Source of the DNA: an uncultured Rikenellaceae bacterium
GTDB lineage: Bacteria; Bacteroidota; Bacteroidia; Bacteroidales; VadinHA17
Direction: 5' to 3'
Assembly: GCA_964640125.1 (NCBI GenBank)
Contig: CAZXGG010000011.1
Coordinates: 347 to 64,346 of the forward strand
Length of the DNA stretch: 64,000 nucleotides
Part shown: one piece after another, positions 10,277-20,031 of the stretch
Layout: each line of letters starts with the position of its first letter
Position numbering within the stretch: the first letter of the stretch is position 1
Position numbers and translations under genes: made by a program
Notes under the pieces: generated by a model
Database searches by the model: none
What the model was told of the DNA's origin: nothing
What the model saw: only the letters and a program-made list of their open reading frames with translations

Positions 10277-12064
10277 TTACATCCTGTCAGGCATTTCAAT
10301 TCCCAGCAACCTCATGGCTGAATGAACGATATTGCCCGTGGTCTCAGAAAGGATTATTCGCAGGTTCCGGAGATCATTATCCTGCTCTTTTAAAATCGGG
10401 TAATCGTGGTAAAACTGATTGTATTCACGTGCAATCTCATAACAAAAGTTGGCGATTAAGCCCGGGTTATATGTTTCTGCTGACTCGCCAACAACATGAG
10501 GAAAATTTTCCAGCAGCTTGATCAGTTCAATTTCCTTGGAAGGAGGATCCGCTTCCACATTCAGATGGCAGCCATCCAGCATCCCGGCTTCTCTTGCCTT
10601 CTTAAGTACGGACTGAATCCGGGTGTAGGTATATTGTACGAATGGGCCCGTATTCCCATTGAAATCAATGGATTCCTCCGGATTAAATGTCATGTTCTTT
10701 TTGGGATCAACTTTCAGGATAAAATATTTTAATGCACCCAACCCGATCATTCTGTAAATCTTCTTTTTCTCTTCCGGCTGGTATCCATCCAGCTTCCCCA
10801 GTTCTTTTGACATCTCCCGTGCAGTATCGATCATTTCCTGAATGAGATCATCCGCATCAACGACTGTTCCTTCCCTTGACTTCATCTTACCAAAGGGAAG
10901 TTCAACCATGCCATACGATAAATGGTACAGGTCCTTTGCCCAGGAGTAGCCAATTTTTGAAAGTATTAATGCGAGAACCTGGAAGTGATAGTTCTGCTCA
11001 TTGCCTACGACATAGATGTGTTTGTTGAATTGATACTCCTTGTATCGTAATACTGCAGTACCGAGGTCCTGGGTGATGTAAACGGCTGTACCATCGGACC
11101 GGAGAAGAATTTTCTCATCCAGCCCGTCTGAGGTAAGGTCTGCCCAGACTGACCCATCCTGTTTTTTTTCCAGGATTCCCTTCCCGAGAGCATCCAGGAC
11201 AATTTTTCTCCCCAGCTTGAAGGTATCGGACTCATAATATATCTTATCGAACCAGACACCAAGGGCTTTATAGGTTACATCAAACCCATCATATACCCAC
11301 TGGTTCATTATTTTCCAGAGGTTAACCGTCTCAGGATCATCCGCCTCCCACTTTCTCAACATCTCCTGGGCTTCATCCATCAGGGGAGCCTTCACCCGGG
11401 CTTCTTCCAATGATTCACCGGGCTGTACAAGTTTTTCAACCTGTTTTTTAAGCTCTGACTCAAACATGACATAAAAATCCCCAACCAGGTGATCCCCTTT
11501 TTTCCCGGACGATTCAGGAGTAATACCCTTTCCCCATTTTTGCCATGCCAGCATGGATTTGCAAATGTGTATGCCCCGGTCATTAACTATATTAACCCTT
11601 ACAACACGGTTTCCTGCTGCCTCAAGGATCTCAGACATGGAATGTCCCAGCAGGTTGTTCCGGATATGCCCGAGATGTAACGGCTTGTTGGTGTTTGGGG
11701 ATGAGAATTCTACAAGGACAGTTTTTGAGTCGCCGCTCCTCTCCTTTCGTCCAAAATTTTTTGCAGTAATCCTGTTTTTAAAAATATCCAGCCAGTACTC
11801 CTTCGAAAGTTCGAAATTCAAATATCCTTTGACCACATTGTAATTTTGAATTTCCGATACCTTCCCCTTCAGGAAATTACCAATCTCTGATCCAGCTGCT
11901 TCAGGAGATTTCCTGATCAGTTTCAACAGGGGAAACAGCACAAGGGTATAATCACCCCGGTGTTCCTTGCGGGTCTTTTGGATAAGAATTTCTTCTTCAT
12001 CAACAGTGACCGAATATAATTGGGATAAAGCATCTGCAATTTCTTTGGCTAACCTGTTTTCCAT
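10277..12064 (-). CDS. argS: arginine--tRNA ligase
   Basis: 595 aa with the class I signature SPNTNKPLHLGHIRN and an ArgRS-type anticodon-binding C-terminus ending ...GIEMPDRM. Confidence 0.93.
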   Translation of the reverse strand: MENRLAKEIADALSQLYSVTVDEEEILIQKTRKEHRGDYTLVLFPLLKLIRKSPEAAGSEIGNFLKGKVSEIQNYNVVKGYLNFELSKEYWLDIFKNRITAKNFGRKERSGDSKTVLVEFSSPNTNKPLHLGHIRNNLLGHSMSEILEAAGNRVVRVNIVNDRGIHICKSMLAWQKWGKGITPESSGKKGDHLVGDFYVMFESELKKQVEKLVQPGESLEEARVKAPLMDEAQEMLRKWEADDPETVNLWKIMNQWVYDGFDVTYKALGVWFDKIYYESDTFKLGRKIVLDALGKGILEKKQDGSVWADLTSDGLDEKILLRSDGTAVYITQDLGTAVLRYKEYQFNKHIYVVGNEQNYHFQVLALILSKIGYSWAKDLYHLSYGMVELPFGKMKSREGTVVDADDLIQEMIDTAREMSKELGKLDGYQPEEKKKIYRMIGLGALKYFILKVDPKKNMTFNPEESIDFNGNTGPFVQYTYTRIQSVLKKAREAGMLDGCHLNVEADPPSKEIELIKLLENFPHVVGESAETYNPGLIANFCYEIAREYNQFYHDYPILKEQDNDLRNLRIILSETTGNIVHSAMRLLGIEMPDRM

Positions 12065-12126
12065 ACCGGTATTTATTTCTCCCCTTTATTGATGTTGATC
12101 CTCCTGAAAGCCATAAAGATAATATA

Positions 12127-13026
12127 TTATGAACAATAGAGAGAGCTATAATACAATAGTTTATACAGATCGAACAACAGTAGGTTCGGTCTGGATGAGA
12201 TCAGTCTTCTTTCGGTCCATCTTGACAGTTTTCGGGTAACCGGTACCGGAAGATTCAGCAGACCGGTTCTTTTCAACCGGTAAAAAACCCTCAGCAGTCT
12301 GACCTGGTTGATGAATTCCCTGCTTTCTTTGTACAGCATTGTTAAATGATACAAATTATTCAACCCGGCTGTTGTTTTCTCGATAAACAGATGGTCCGGT
12401 TCCAATCCAAGGTGAAGCAATGGATTTTCGATGTGAACTACCTTCACTCCACGCTTTACCAGTTCATATCCAAAAAGGGTATCCTCATGTCCGTATTGCT
12501 TCAGCTTTTCATCAAACTGAATGCTTAGGAACAGATCCTTATCGATCATGAAGTTGAATCCAGAAAATCCGGCATTCGGTTTTTTATTTCTTTTTTTTAC
12601 ACTCAGTGATTCCCGGGTTTTACCATATTTCCAACGAAAGAGGAGTTCCTTCTTTTCCGGAGGAGCAGGTTGATATGTCGTTCCTCCACAGACAACTGCA
12701 CCCTTATTCAGGTAATTCAGGTAATGATTGAGGTACTGATCATGAATAACCGAGGCATCGGAATCGATGAACAACAGGTAGGGGTATCTTGCCAGCCGGG
12801 CCAGTTGGTTCCGTGCTGCCGCCCTCCCGATATTGCTGTTCTGTGTCACGAATGTGACATTTTCAAACTGCCCGACAACCCGGTTTTGATCAATAAACCG
12901 GGCGTCCGATGCATCATCCAGCGCAATGATCTCAAATGAAATGTTCAATCCTTTCCCCTGCTTTATCAGGTCATTGACAAGATCAACAATGTTGTGATTA
13001 AAAACTGGTATTAAAATTGATAGCAT
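12127..13026 (-). CDS. family 2 glycosyltransferase
   Basis: 299 aa with ILIPVFN...ALDDASD...FIDSD motifs of the GT2 fold. Confidence 0.8.
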   Translation of the reverse strand: MLSILIPVFNHNIVDLVNDLIKQGKGLNISFEIIALDDASDARFIDQNRVVGQFENVTFVTQNSNIGRAAARNQLARLARYPYLLFIDSDASVIHDQYLNHYLNYLNKGAVVCGGTTYQPAPPEKKELLFRWKYGKTRESLSVKKRNKKPNAGFSGFNFMIDKDLFLSIQFDEKLKQYGHEDTLFGYELVKRGVKVVHIENPLLHLGLEPDHLFIEKTTAGLNNLYHLTMLYKESREFINQVRLLRVFYRLKRTGLLNLPVPVTRKLSRWTERRLISSRPNLLLFDLYKLLYYSSLYCS

Positions 13027-13168
13027 GCTATTCTGGGTGTGATTGCTGTTTAGAAAAAGATCCTGGTTTTTCTAAAATTTATAAAATTTGTAAAATTCTT
13101 TCAATATTCTGTTATTTCAACGGGTTAATTATCATCTTTGGAGACATTAATTGCAAAAATTATTACGA

Positions 13169-14569
13169 ATGAAATTCTGTGCCACACTATTCGGTTTTCT
13201 TTTTCTGATGGTTGCCGTTGTAAAAGGAGAAGGTTATACCATTGACATCCAGATCAAAGGCCTGTCAGACACCTCCATTTTTATCGGTTATCATTTCGCT
13301 GACAAGAAATATGTAAAGGATACAATCCGCCTCAATTCCGACGGAAAAGTCATCTACAGTGGGGATGAAGATCTTCCAGGAGGAGTTTACCTGCTTGTTT
13401 TTCCTGGTATGAATTTTATCGAATTTATCATTAGCGATGATCAGAATTTTTCGATCATGACGGATATTGCAGATCCATTGTACTCATTGAAATTTATCGA
13501 CTCTGATGAAAACTCCAGTTTTCTGGCTTATCAGAAATTCATGAGGGAACATCAAACAGTTGCTAATGAGCTGCGGAAGATCAGGGAGCAATACAAGAAT
13601 TTACCGGATTCTGTTGAGGCGATCAATGGGAAGCTTCAGGAGATTGATAACCAGATTAAACACTATTGGGACAATCTGATCCGGGAGAATAACGATACGT
13701 TCCTTGGACATCTGGTTAAAGCGCTTCGTAATCCGGAAATGCCGGATTTTGAGGTTCCTGATGGAATTGAAAACATTGATTCAGCAAAATGGGTATTGAG
13801 CTATTTGTACAACAGGGATCATTTTCTGGATAACCTTGAATTTTCAGATGAGCGCCTGCTTCGCACACCCATTGTTCATAGTAAGCTTGACCAGTACGTA
13901 AACCGGATATTGATTCAACGACCGGATTCCATTATTCCACCCATTCATAAACTGGTTGAACGAAGCAGGGAAAATGAAAAATTCTTTCAATTTGTTGTCG
14001 TATTCCTGATAAACAACTTTCTTCAAAGCAACATCATGGGAATGGATGCGGTGTATGTTGATCTTGCGGAAAAATATTACCTGTCCGGAGAAGCAACATG
14101 GGCTGATTCCAGCTTTCTTGCAAGCCTGGAAGATCGTGTCAGCAAAATTAAACCGAACCTGATCGGCAAAACAGGAAAGGATCTGATCATGGAAACCAGT
14201 ACCGGAGAGTGGGTGTCACTCCATGAAATTGATGCCACATATACCGTGCTCTATTTCTGGGAACCGAATTGCGGACATTGCAAGGAAGCAACACCGGCAC
14301 TCTATGATATCTATCGAAAATACAAAGAGAAAGGCCTTGAAGTAGTTGCTGTTTATACACAGGATAACGATGAGGAGTGGCTCAATTACCTGAATAAGAA
14401 TGGCTTTGACTGGATCAATGTACATGACCCAACCCAGAATACCTATTTCCGCTTCTATTACGATATCTACAGCACACCGGTGGTCTATCTCCTGGATGAA
14501 CAGAAGGTCATTGTTGCCAAAAGGATCAGCGTGGAATCCCTGGGGAAGATGTTGGAAACATTATTGTAG
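13169..14569 (+). CDS. thioredoxin-fold (TlpA/ResA-like) protein with long N-terminal domain
   Basis: ATG at 13169 gives the signal peptide MKFCATLFGFLFLMVAVVKG. The C-terminal domain has the WEPNCGHC redox motif. Confidence 0.75.
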   Translation: MKFCATLFGFLFLMVAVVKGEGYTIDIQIKGLSDTSIFIGYHFADKKYVKDTIRLNSDGKVIYSGDEDLPGGVYLLVFPGMNFIEFIISDDQNFSIMTDIADPLYSLKFIDSDENSSFLAYQKFMREHQTVANELRKIREQYKNLPDSVEAINGKLQEIDNQIKHYWDNLIRENNDTFLGHLVKALRNPEMPDFEVPDGIENIDSAKWVLSYLYNRDHFLDNLEFSDERLLRTPIVHSKLDQYVNRILIQRPDSIIPPIHKLVERSRENEKFFQFVVVFLINNFLQSNIMGMDAVYVDLAEKYYLSGEATWADSSFLASLEDRVSKIKPNLIGKTGKDLIMETSTGEWVSLHEIDATYTVLYFWEPNCGHCKEATPALYDIYRKYKEKGLEVVAVYTQDNDEEWLNYLNKNGFDWINVHDPTQNTYFRFYYDIYSTPVVYLLDEQKVIVAKRISVESLGKMLETLL

Positions 14570-14632
14570 GATTTAGGATTTTTGGGCTTTCCTAATTCTC
14601 CTGCTTTCTTGCAGTTATCCCTATGTTTTTTA

Positions 14633-14710
14633 TGTTATAAGTTATTAGTTATTAGTTATAAGTTGTTTTCAACTAATAACTTATCAACATATAACGTATA
14701 ACTTATAACG
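14633..14710. repeat. imperfect long hairpin made of ATAAGTTA/TAACTTAT words between convergent genes
   Basis: gttataagttattagttattagttataagttg - tttt - caactaataacttatcaacatataacgtataacttataac. It is a possible bidirectional terminator. Confidence 0.6.
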
Positions 14711-14714
14711 ATCG

Positions 14715-14951
14715 TTACTCCCCCTTCTCCGGTTCCTTAATCAGGACGGCAAAGATAAACAACACAACAGCTGCTGCAGCAAAGATTACGATAAGAGAGG
14801 ACATGATTTTTCGTAGCACGTTATCCAGATCGATAACCTCCCAGATTCCAAGAATAGCAATGACAGTAAAAACCAGAACCAGGAAGATAAGCAAATAGGA
14901 AACAATCTTTTTTACGGTTAACATGAGTTTACTTTTTATCCGGTTAATCAA
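14715..14951 (-). CDS. small two-helix membrane protein, last gene of the B12 operon
   Basis: 78 aa with two hydrophobic helices. Its start overlaps the ABC ATPase stop by 8 nt. Confidence 0.5.
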   Translation of the reverse strand: MINRIKSKLMLTVKKIVSYLLIFLVLVFTVIAILGIWEVIDLDNVLRKIMSSLIVIFAAAAVVLFIFAVLIKEPEKGE

Positions 14952-15951
14952 GCTTTAAACGCAAAGATAGGTTGTATATTGAGTTGCATTCAACTATTTC
15001 ACCTCTTTTTTCAACAATCCAGGTTGGTTTTTCCTTCCCGGGCTCAATCCGAATCCAGGTGTCGCAACTGTTTCTTGCAGAAAGGCTGTAACCCAATCGT
15101 TCCAGGGCACGGCGTGTCCACATACCGGTTATTCCTTCACCGTCAAGGTATATCATTTTTCCCGTCTCCCTGTTCATCCGGATTTCACCCTTTTGTTCAT
15201 CAAATTGCAACCTTGTTTCTTTAAAGATAGAGCTGAAGGAATGATTCAATACGAGGTCTTCCGGAGATCCGGTAATAATGCCATCTGGTAACATCAACCA
15301 TACCTTATCGGCTTCCTGGATAGCAATGTTCAGATCGTGGGTTGAAAAGATGATGGTTTTGCCTTTCATCCTGGATAGTTCAGTCAACAGGTGTACAATT
15401 TCATACCTGTTGGGAAGGTCGAGGAAAGCCGTTGGCTCATCCAGGACAATGATCTCCGTATCCTGTGCCAGTGTTCTTGCGATCATCGCCCGCTGCCGCT
15501 CACCATCCGATACTTCATTGATATTCTTATTCATCATATCTTCCAGGCCTACCTGGTGGATTGCTTCCCTGACGAGGTGAATGTCATCTTCCGTGAGTCG
15601 ACCAAGCCAGTTCGTATGCGGGAAACGACCCAATCCGACAAGGTCAAAGAGTGTCAGGTTACTAACCTGAATGATTTCTGTGGATACAAAACTGATCGAT
15701 CGGGCCAATTCCTTTCTTTTGTATTGGTACAAATCGGTGTTTTTAAAGAAAATGCCGCCTCCCATCGGTTTTTGCAACTGCACCAGCGTTCGCAACAGGG
15801 TGCTTTTACCAATACCATTTTGTCCGAGTGCCGCGATGATTTCGCCTCTGCCAGCACTGACATTGATGTTGCTGTATACCGGCAATTGCTGCTTCCCCGG
15901 ATATCCGATTTCCAATTCAACTGTTCTTAATATATCGTTGCTGTCATCCAT
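14944..15951 (-). CDS. ABC transporter ATP-binding protein (BtuD/FecE-like) with ~90-aa C-terminal extension
   Basis: Walker A GQNGIGKST, signature VSDGERQR and Walker B IIVLDEPT. 335 aa against roughly 250 aa for typical members. Confidence 0.85.
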   Translation of the reverse strand: MDDSNDILRTVELEIGYPGKQQLPVYSNINVSAGRGEIIAALGQNGIGKSTLLRTLVQLQKPMGGGIFFKNTDLYQYKRKELARSISFVSTEIIQVSNLTLFDLVGLGRFPHTNWLGRLTEDDIHLVREAIHQVGLEDMMNKNINEVSDGERQRAMIARTLAQDTEIIVLDEPTAFLDLPNRYEIVHLLTELSRMKGKTIIFSTHDLNIAIQEADKVWLMLPDGIITGSPEDLVLNHSFSSIFKETRLQFDEQKGEIRMNRETGKMIYLDGEGITGMWTRRALERLGYSLSARNSCDTWIRIEPGKEKPTWIVEKRGEIVECNSIYNLSLRLKLD

Positions 15952-15954
15952 TAT

Positions 15955-17025
15955 TTATACAAATGCAGAGATCTTTTTGCTCCTGATCACAATAGCAATC
16001 ACTACGGGTATCCCAAGCAAAGCAGTAACTGAATTTATGGGCAAGGTAACATCATAACCCGGAAGTTGCGAAATCATGTCGCTGATAAGCAGCAACACGG
16101 CTCCGGTAACCATGCTTCCCGGTACCAGCACCCTGTGGTCTGCCGTTTTGAATACCATGCGTGTGATATGCGGTACAACAATTCCGATAAAGGCAATGGG
16201 ACCGCAGAAAGCCGTTACCGTTCCGGCGAGTACGCTGGTGCTGATGAATATCATGGATCGTGACCACCGGATATTCAATCCCAGGCTGCTTGCATAGTTT
16301 TCACCCAGTAACATCAGGTTCATGCTCTTCATCATCCCAACAGCGATCAGGATTCCGGCAAAGGTGGTTAGGGATAAGATCCGGAGTTGCGAAATAGAGA
16401 CGTTTCCCAGACTTCCCATGGTCCAGACCACAAAGGCTTTTAACATGGTTTCACTGCTGAAATACTGGAGTATGCTGACTACTGCCGATGTGGCACTGCC
16501 AAACAGAATACCTAAAATCAGTATGGTCATAATATCCCTGACCCGGATGGATACTGCCAGTACAAGGAAAAGAATAATCCCGGAACCGATCCATGCTGCC
16601 AGGGCAATCGCCCAGTTGCCAAAACCGTACAATCCTGAAAAAACAACTGATGCTGACAGCCCCATAACCAGGATGGCAACTCCAAGGCTTGCTCCAGCGC
16701 TTATGCCGAGGACAAACGGTCCGGCAAGGGGGTTCCTGAATACCGTTTGCATCTGCAACCCGCTAACCGACAGGGCAAAACCAGCGACAATGGCTGTTAT
16801 TGCCCTTGGTAACCTGAATTGAAGAACGATGGTGCTGTATTCCGGATCGCCAGAGCCGGTGAACAGGGCACGAACTATTTCCACAAATGAAATCCGCACC
16901 GATCCGAGAAAAAGATCCAGCAGGAACAGGCATACCATCAGCAGGATCAATACCGGTAAGATCATTGCACCACGCTTTCTTGTTATACTCACCGCTTCCA
17001 ATTTTCCTTTGGGAAATTCTTTCAT
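15955..17025 (-). CDS. FecCD/BtuC family ABC permease
   Basis: 356-aa polytopic protein with the typical FecCD C-terminal region GPIAFIGIVVPHITRM. Confidence 0.85.
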   Translation of the reverse strand: MKEFPKGKLEAVSITRKRGAMILPVLILLMVCLFLLDLFLGSVRISFVEIVRALFTGSGDPEYSTIVLQFRLPRAITAIVAGFALSVSGLQMQTVFRNPLAGPFVLGISAGASLGVAILVMGLSASVVFSGLYGFGNWAIALAAWIGSGIILFLVLAVSIRVRDIMTILILGILFGSATSAVVSILQYFSSETMLKAFVVWTMGSLGNVSISQLRILSLTTFAGILIAVGMMKSMNLMLLGENYASSLGLNIRWSRSMIFISTSVLAGTVTAFCGPIAFIGIVVPHITRMVFKTADHRVLVPGSMVTGAVLLLISDMISQLPGYDVTLPINSVTALLGIPVVIAIVIRSKKISAFV

Positions 17026-17047
17026 AGATAAATCGTATGAAAAACAT

Positions 17048-18262
17048 TCAATAAAGCTGTATTAATTGATCACCCGCCTCAATCTTCTGATAGTATACCA
17101 GCTGATGGTCCGGGAGCAGTCCGGGATGAAAGATCTTTACCAGGTCCATCAGGATTTTCTGGGGATTCATGATCCCGGACTCCCAGTAATCATTTCCCCC
17201 CTGATCATTCAGTATGCGGTTGTTGTTGTACACCGAACCCACGCGAACCGGTTTAAAATTAACCAATCGCTCGTCAACGGAAACGATATCTTCCAGCGAT
17301 TCTGCTATACCGGGATTGATCCAGATATCTGCATCTTTTGCCGCTTCATAAACCGCTTCGATGTTAAAGGGAATGGCTTCAACAGAATGTTTATCCTCCC
17401 AGATGTATTCACCACCTGCATCCCGTATAAAATTGGCGGCAAACGAGTTGCCACCCGGAATATACCATGTATCTTTCCAGGGAAGACCGATCATCACCTT
17501 CGGCCGTGCTGTCACATCCGTGGCAAGCATTTTTACCTTCCGGTACTCTTCCGCCACTTGCTCAAACTTTTGGTTCACTGGATCATCCAGCTCAAACAGT
17601 GCAGCAATAACCTTCACCCATTCGGCTTTTGCCATCGGTGTTTGTTCGAGGTAATCACCATTTATGATAACCGGGATTCCCACTTCATGCAATTTATTTA
17701 CATACCCTGCCACTTCGCTCCCTATGCCATAGGTCATCACCAGGTCAGGTTTCAGGGTGATCATCTCTTCATATTGTATGTTCTGTTCATACCCGATGTC
17801 GATGATCCGATCGTTTTCAAGCTGCTCTTTTACCCAGGGATGATTGATGTACATTCTGCCGGATACACCCACGAGGGTTTCCAGTTTACCCACAAAATCG
17901 AGCATCCCGATATGGGTGGTAGACATACAGATCAATCGCTGGACTGGCGTTTTTATCACCCGGGCATCTTCCGGCAATCCTTCCGGTGTTTTCCCTTCAC
18001 TCACCAGATAATACCGGATAATGATATCCTGCGCTCCCTGCCAGGGATTATGAACGGTGATACGCTTGTAATCGTCAAACTGTTCTATGGTGAAGCCTTT
18101 TGCATAGTGAATGCCCGAAGAATTTCGAACACTATCGGCAGGATTTTCTGCTCCCCGATCACCATCATGCCGGGTACAGGATAATCCTGCCAGCAGGAGG
18201 AGGTTAACCAATAAAAATAGTGATGCCCCGTTCTTCATCTTTCTATTCAGGGGGTTACTCAT
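17048..18262 (-). CDS. periplasmic binding protein (BtuF-like, class III SBP) lipoprotein
   Basis: 404 aa with lipobox LLAGLSC and an RLICMSTTHIGML...LKPDLVMTYG pattern of the PF01497-type family. An alternative start lies at 18238. Confidence 0.8.
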   Translation of the reverse strand: MSNPLNRKMKNGASLFLLVNLLLLAGLSCTRHDGDRGAENPADSVRNSSGIHYAKGFTIEQFDDYKRITVHNPWQGAQDIIIRYYLVSEGKTPEGLPEDARVIKTPVQRLICMSTTHIGMLDFVGKLETLVGVSGRMYINHPWVKEQLENDRIIDIGYEQNIQYEEMITLKPDLVMTYGIGSEVAGYVNKLHEVGIPVIINGDYLEQTPMAKAEWVKVIAALFELDDPVNQKFEQVAEEYRKVKMLATDVTARPKVMIGLPWKDTWYIPGGNSFAANFIRDAGGEYIWEDKHSVEAIPFNIEAVYEAAKDADIWINPGIAESLEDIVSVDERLVNFKPVRVGSVYNNNRILNDQGGNDYWESGIMNPQKILMDLVKIFHPGLLPDHQLVYYQKIEAGDQLIQLY

Positions 18263-19958
18263 TTATTTTTACAATTTTCCTGGTAAATACGGAATTCCCA
18301 TCCGTTATCCGGATAATGTATACGCCGGCAGGGAGCCAGGAGATATTGAGCCAGGCTTCCGGCTCGCACGAAAATTTTGTTGAAATAAACAACATTTGGC
18401 CGGAAAGATCATAAATACGGAGCTCAACCTCTGTCCTCGAATCCCTGAACTCAATGGTTACATCCCGTTTGGTAGGATTGGGAAAGATCGTAAGGGTTGC
18501 ATCTGGAGTACGAGTGGGATCCTGACCCGGCATGGCAACCCTTCCGTTGCCAATGGGATCAAGCCAGTATTTAAGCTGGCTCAGGGAATCAGGATAGCTA
18601 TCCCAGGCAACAGAAAACCGGGAAAAATAATCCGTTACCGGATTAATGCAGGTGGCTAACCCTCCGGAAAGGATCCCGATCACATAATGATCCGTACCAA
18701 AAAGTGGAGAACCAGATGATCCTGATTCTGTGGTTCCTGCTTCCCAGCGGTCAATCAACCAGCAGGATTCGTCATCAAATCCGGAATACGTGGAAATGAA
18801 CGGGGGATCATTGTCCAGCGCAATTTTTTTTACATCTCCCTGGGGGTGATGTATACAGACTGTTCTTTGAGGAGCTGTCGAACTGCGGTTCCATCCGGCA
18901 AAATAGGGCTCATAGGAAAAGGGTGGATCCTGATCCAGCTCAACCAGGGCGAAATCAATCTTGTCAGATGTGGCAAGAAGAGTTGAACCGAACAGGGAGT
19001 TTTTGTTCGATCCATCCGGTCCGTCACACGAGGGACTTTCATATCCGAAGAAAAAAACAGCATTCTCTGCTTCATACCCGTTCTTTATGCAGTGGTTGGC
19101 TGTTAACAACAAGGGCCGATTATCATTTCGTGTGTTGTTTACCAGGACACCTGAACAAATTTCCATCCAGCGAACAGTATCTCCGGGGTGCAATACAAAA
19201 AATTTATGTAAGAGTATCCGGCAAACAGCACGTTTTTCAACCTGCCAATCATATCCTTCAGGACAGTTTATATCAACCTGGCAGAATCCGGAAAATTGCG
19301 CAAGGCTATCAGCTTTGATCTTTTCACCGGCAGGATAATCAAATCCATGGGATACCATGCCTACAGTTAACGTGCATTGTTGAACCTTGGACGTGGGGAC
19401 CTGGAATTCAATGAAAAGTATATCTCCTGTAACAGGCGCAACACTCAAAACATTATTCCTTCCACTGCTTCGCCGGGTGAATGCTCCCAACCACTCCGTG
19501 CCATCCCGGGAGTGGACAAAAACCTTTCCTTCCGAAGGAATATCAAATGTGCTGAATGAAACTGCCATGGACCGGGCTCCCGGTGAATAAAACCCCAATC
19601 TCCAGATGCTGTAACCATCGGCTGTCGTGATCCACAGACCGGAATTACCGGTGTGATACGAAACCTTGAAGTCACGTGCAAAAAGAAGTGTTTTAAACCA
19701 GGGATTGCCTTTTTCAATCTCATACCGAAATGCCATTTCATCAAAAGAAGGCAGGGTGATGACAGGTACATTATGCTCTGTTGTCTGACCTGCAAAAATG
19801 GGCCTTCCGGAGTAACTCAGTTGAGCCTGTACAACCATAGTGCCTGCAAATAGTGAAAAACTGGTTAACAGGATCATCAACCTGACTCGATAGAGACCAT
19901 ATGAACCGGATTTCTTCAAGGAAATATAGAATGATTCTTTAGAATAGTTTATATACAA
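18255..19958 (-). CDS. trypsin-fold serine endopeptidase with T9SS C-terminal sorting domain
   Basis: Triad contexts LTANHC, DFALVEL and GSSGSPLF. The C-terminal ~80 aa (IFPNPTKRDVTIEF...YDLSGQ...LPAGVYIIRI) is a typical Por secretion tail. The likely start is M28 (19877), giving the signal peptide MILLTSFSLFAGTMVVQAQ. Confidence 0.8.
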   Translation of the reverse strand: MYINYSKESFYISLKKSGSYGLYRVRLMILLTSFSLFAGTMVVQAQLSYSGRPIFAGQTTEHNVPVITLPSFDEMAFRYEIEKGNPWFKTLLFARDFKVSYHTGNSGLWITTADGYSIWRLGFYSPGARSMAVSFSTFDIPSEGKVFVHSRDGTEWLGAFTRRSSGRNNVLSVAPVTGDILFIEFQVPTSKVQQCTLTVGMVSHGFDYPAGEKIKADSLAQFSGFCQVDINCPEGYDWQVEKRAVCRILLHKFFVLHPGDTVRWMEICSGVLVNNTRNDNRPLLLTANHCIKNGYEAENAVFFFGYESPSCDGPDGSNKNSLFGSTLLATSDKIDFALVELDQDPPFSYEPYFAGWNRSSTAPQRTVCIHHPQGDVKKIALDNDPPFISTYSGFDDESCWLIDRWEAGTTESGSSGSPLFGTDHYVIGILSGGLATCINPVTDYFSRFSVAWDSYPDSLSQLKYWLDPIGNGRVAMPGQDPTRTPDATLTIFPNPTKRDVTIEFRDSRTEVELRIYDLSGQMLFISTKFSCEPEAWLNISWLPAGVYIIRITDGNSVFTRKIVKINE

Positions 19959-20031
19959 AGATTGAAATTATTTCCAATTCTTCACAGTCATTGGATGATT
20001 ATGATTGGATGTTTCAAATCCAAGACGTAAC

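Noticed and set aside
17066-18184. 372-aa plus-strand ORF antisense to the BtuF-like gene.
   Set aside because: It is a shadow ORF. The translation is low-complexity (His/Phe/Ile-rich) with no motif, while the opposite strand encodes a clearly recognisable binding protein with a lipobox.
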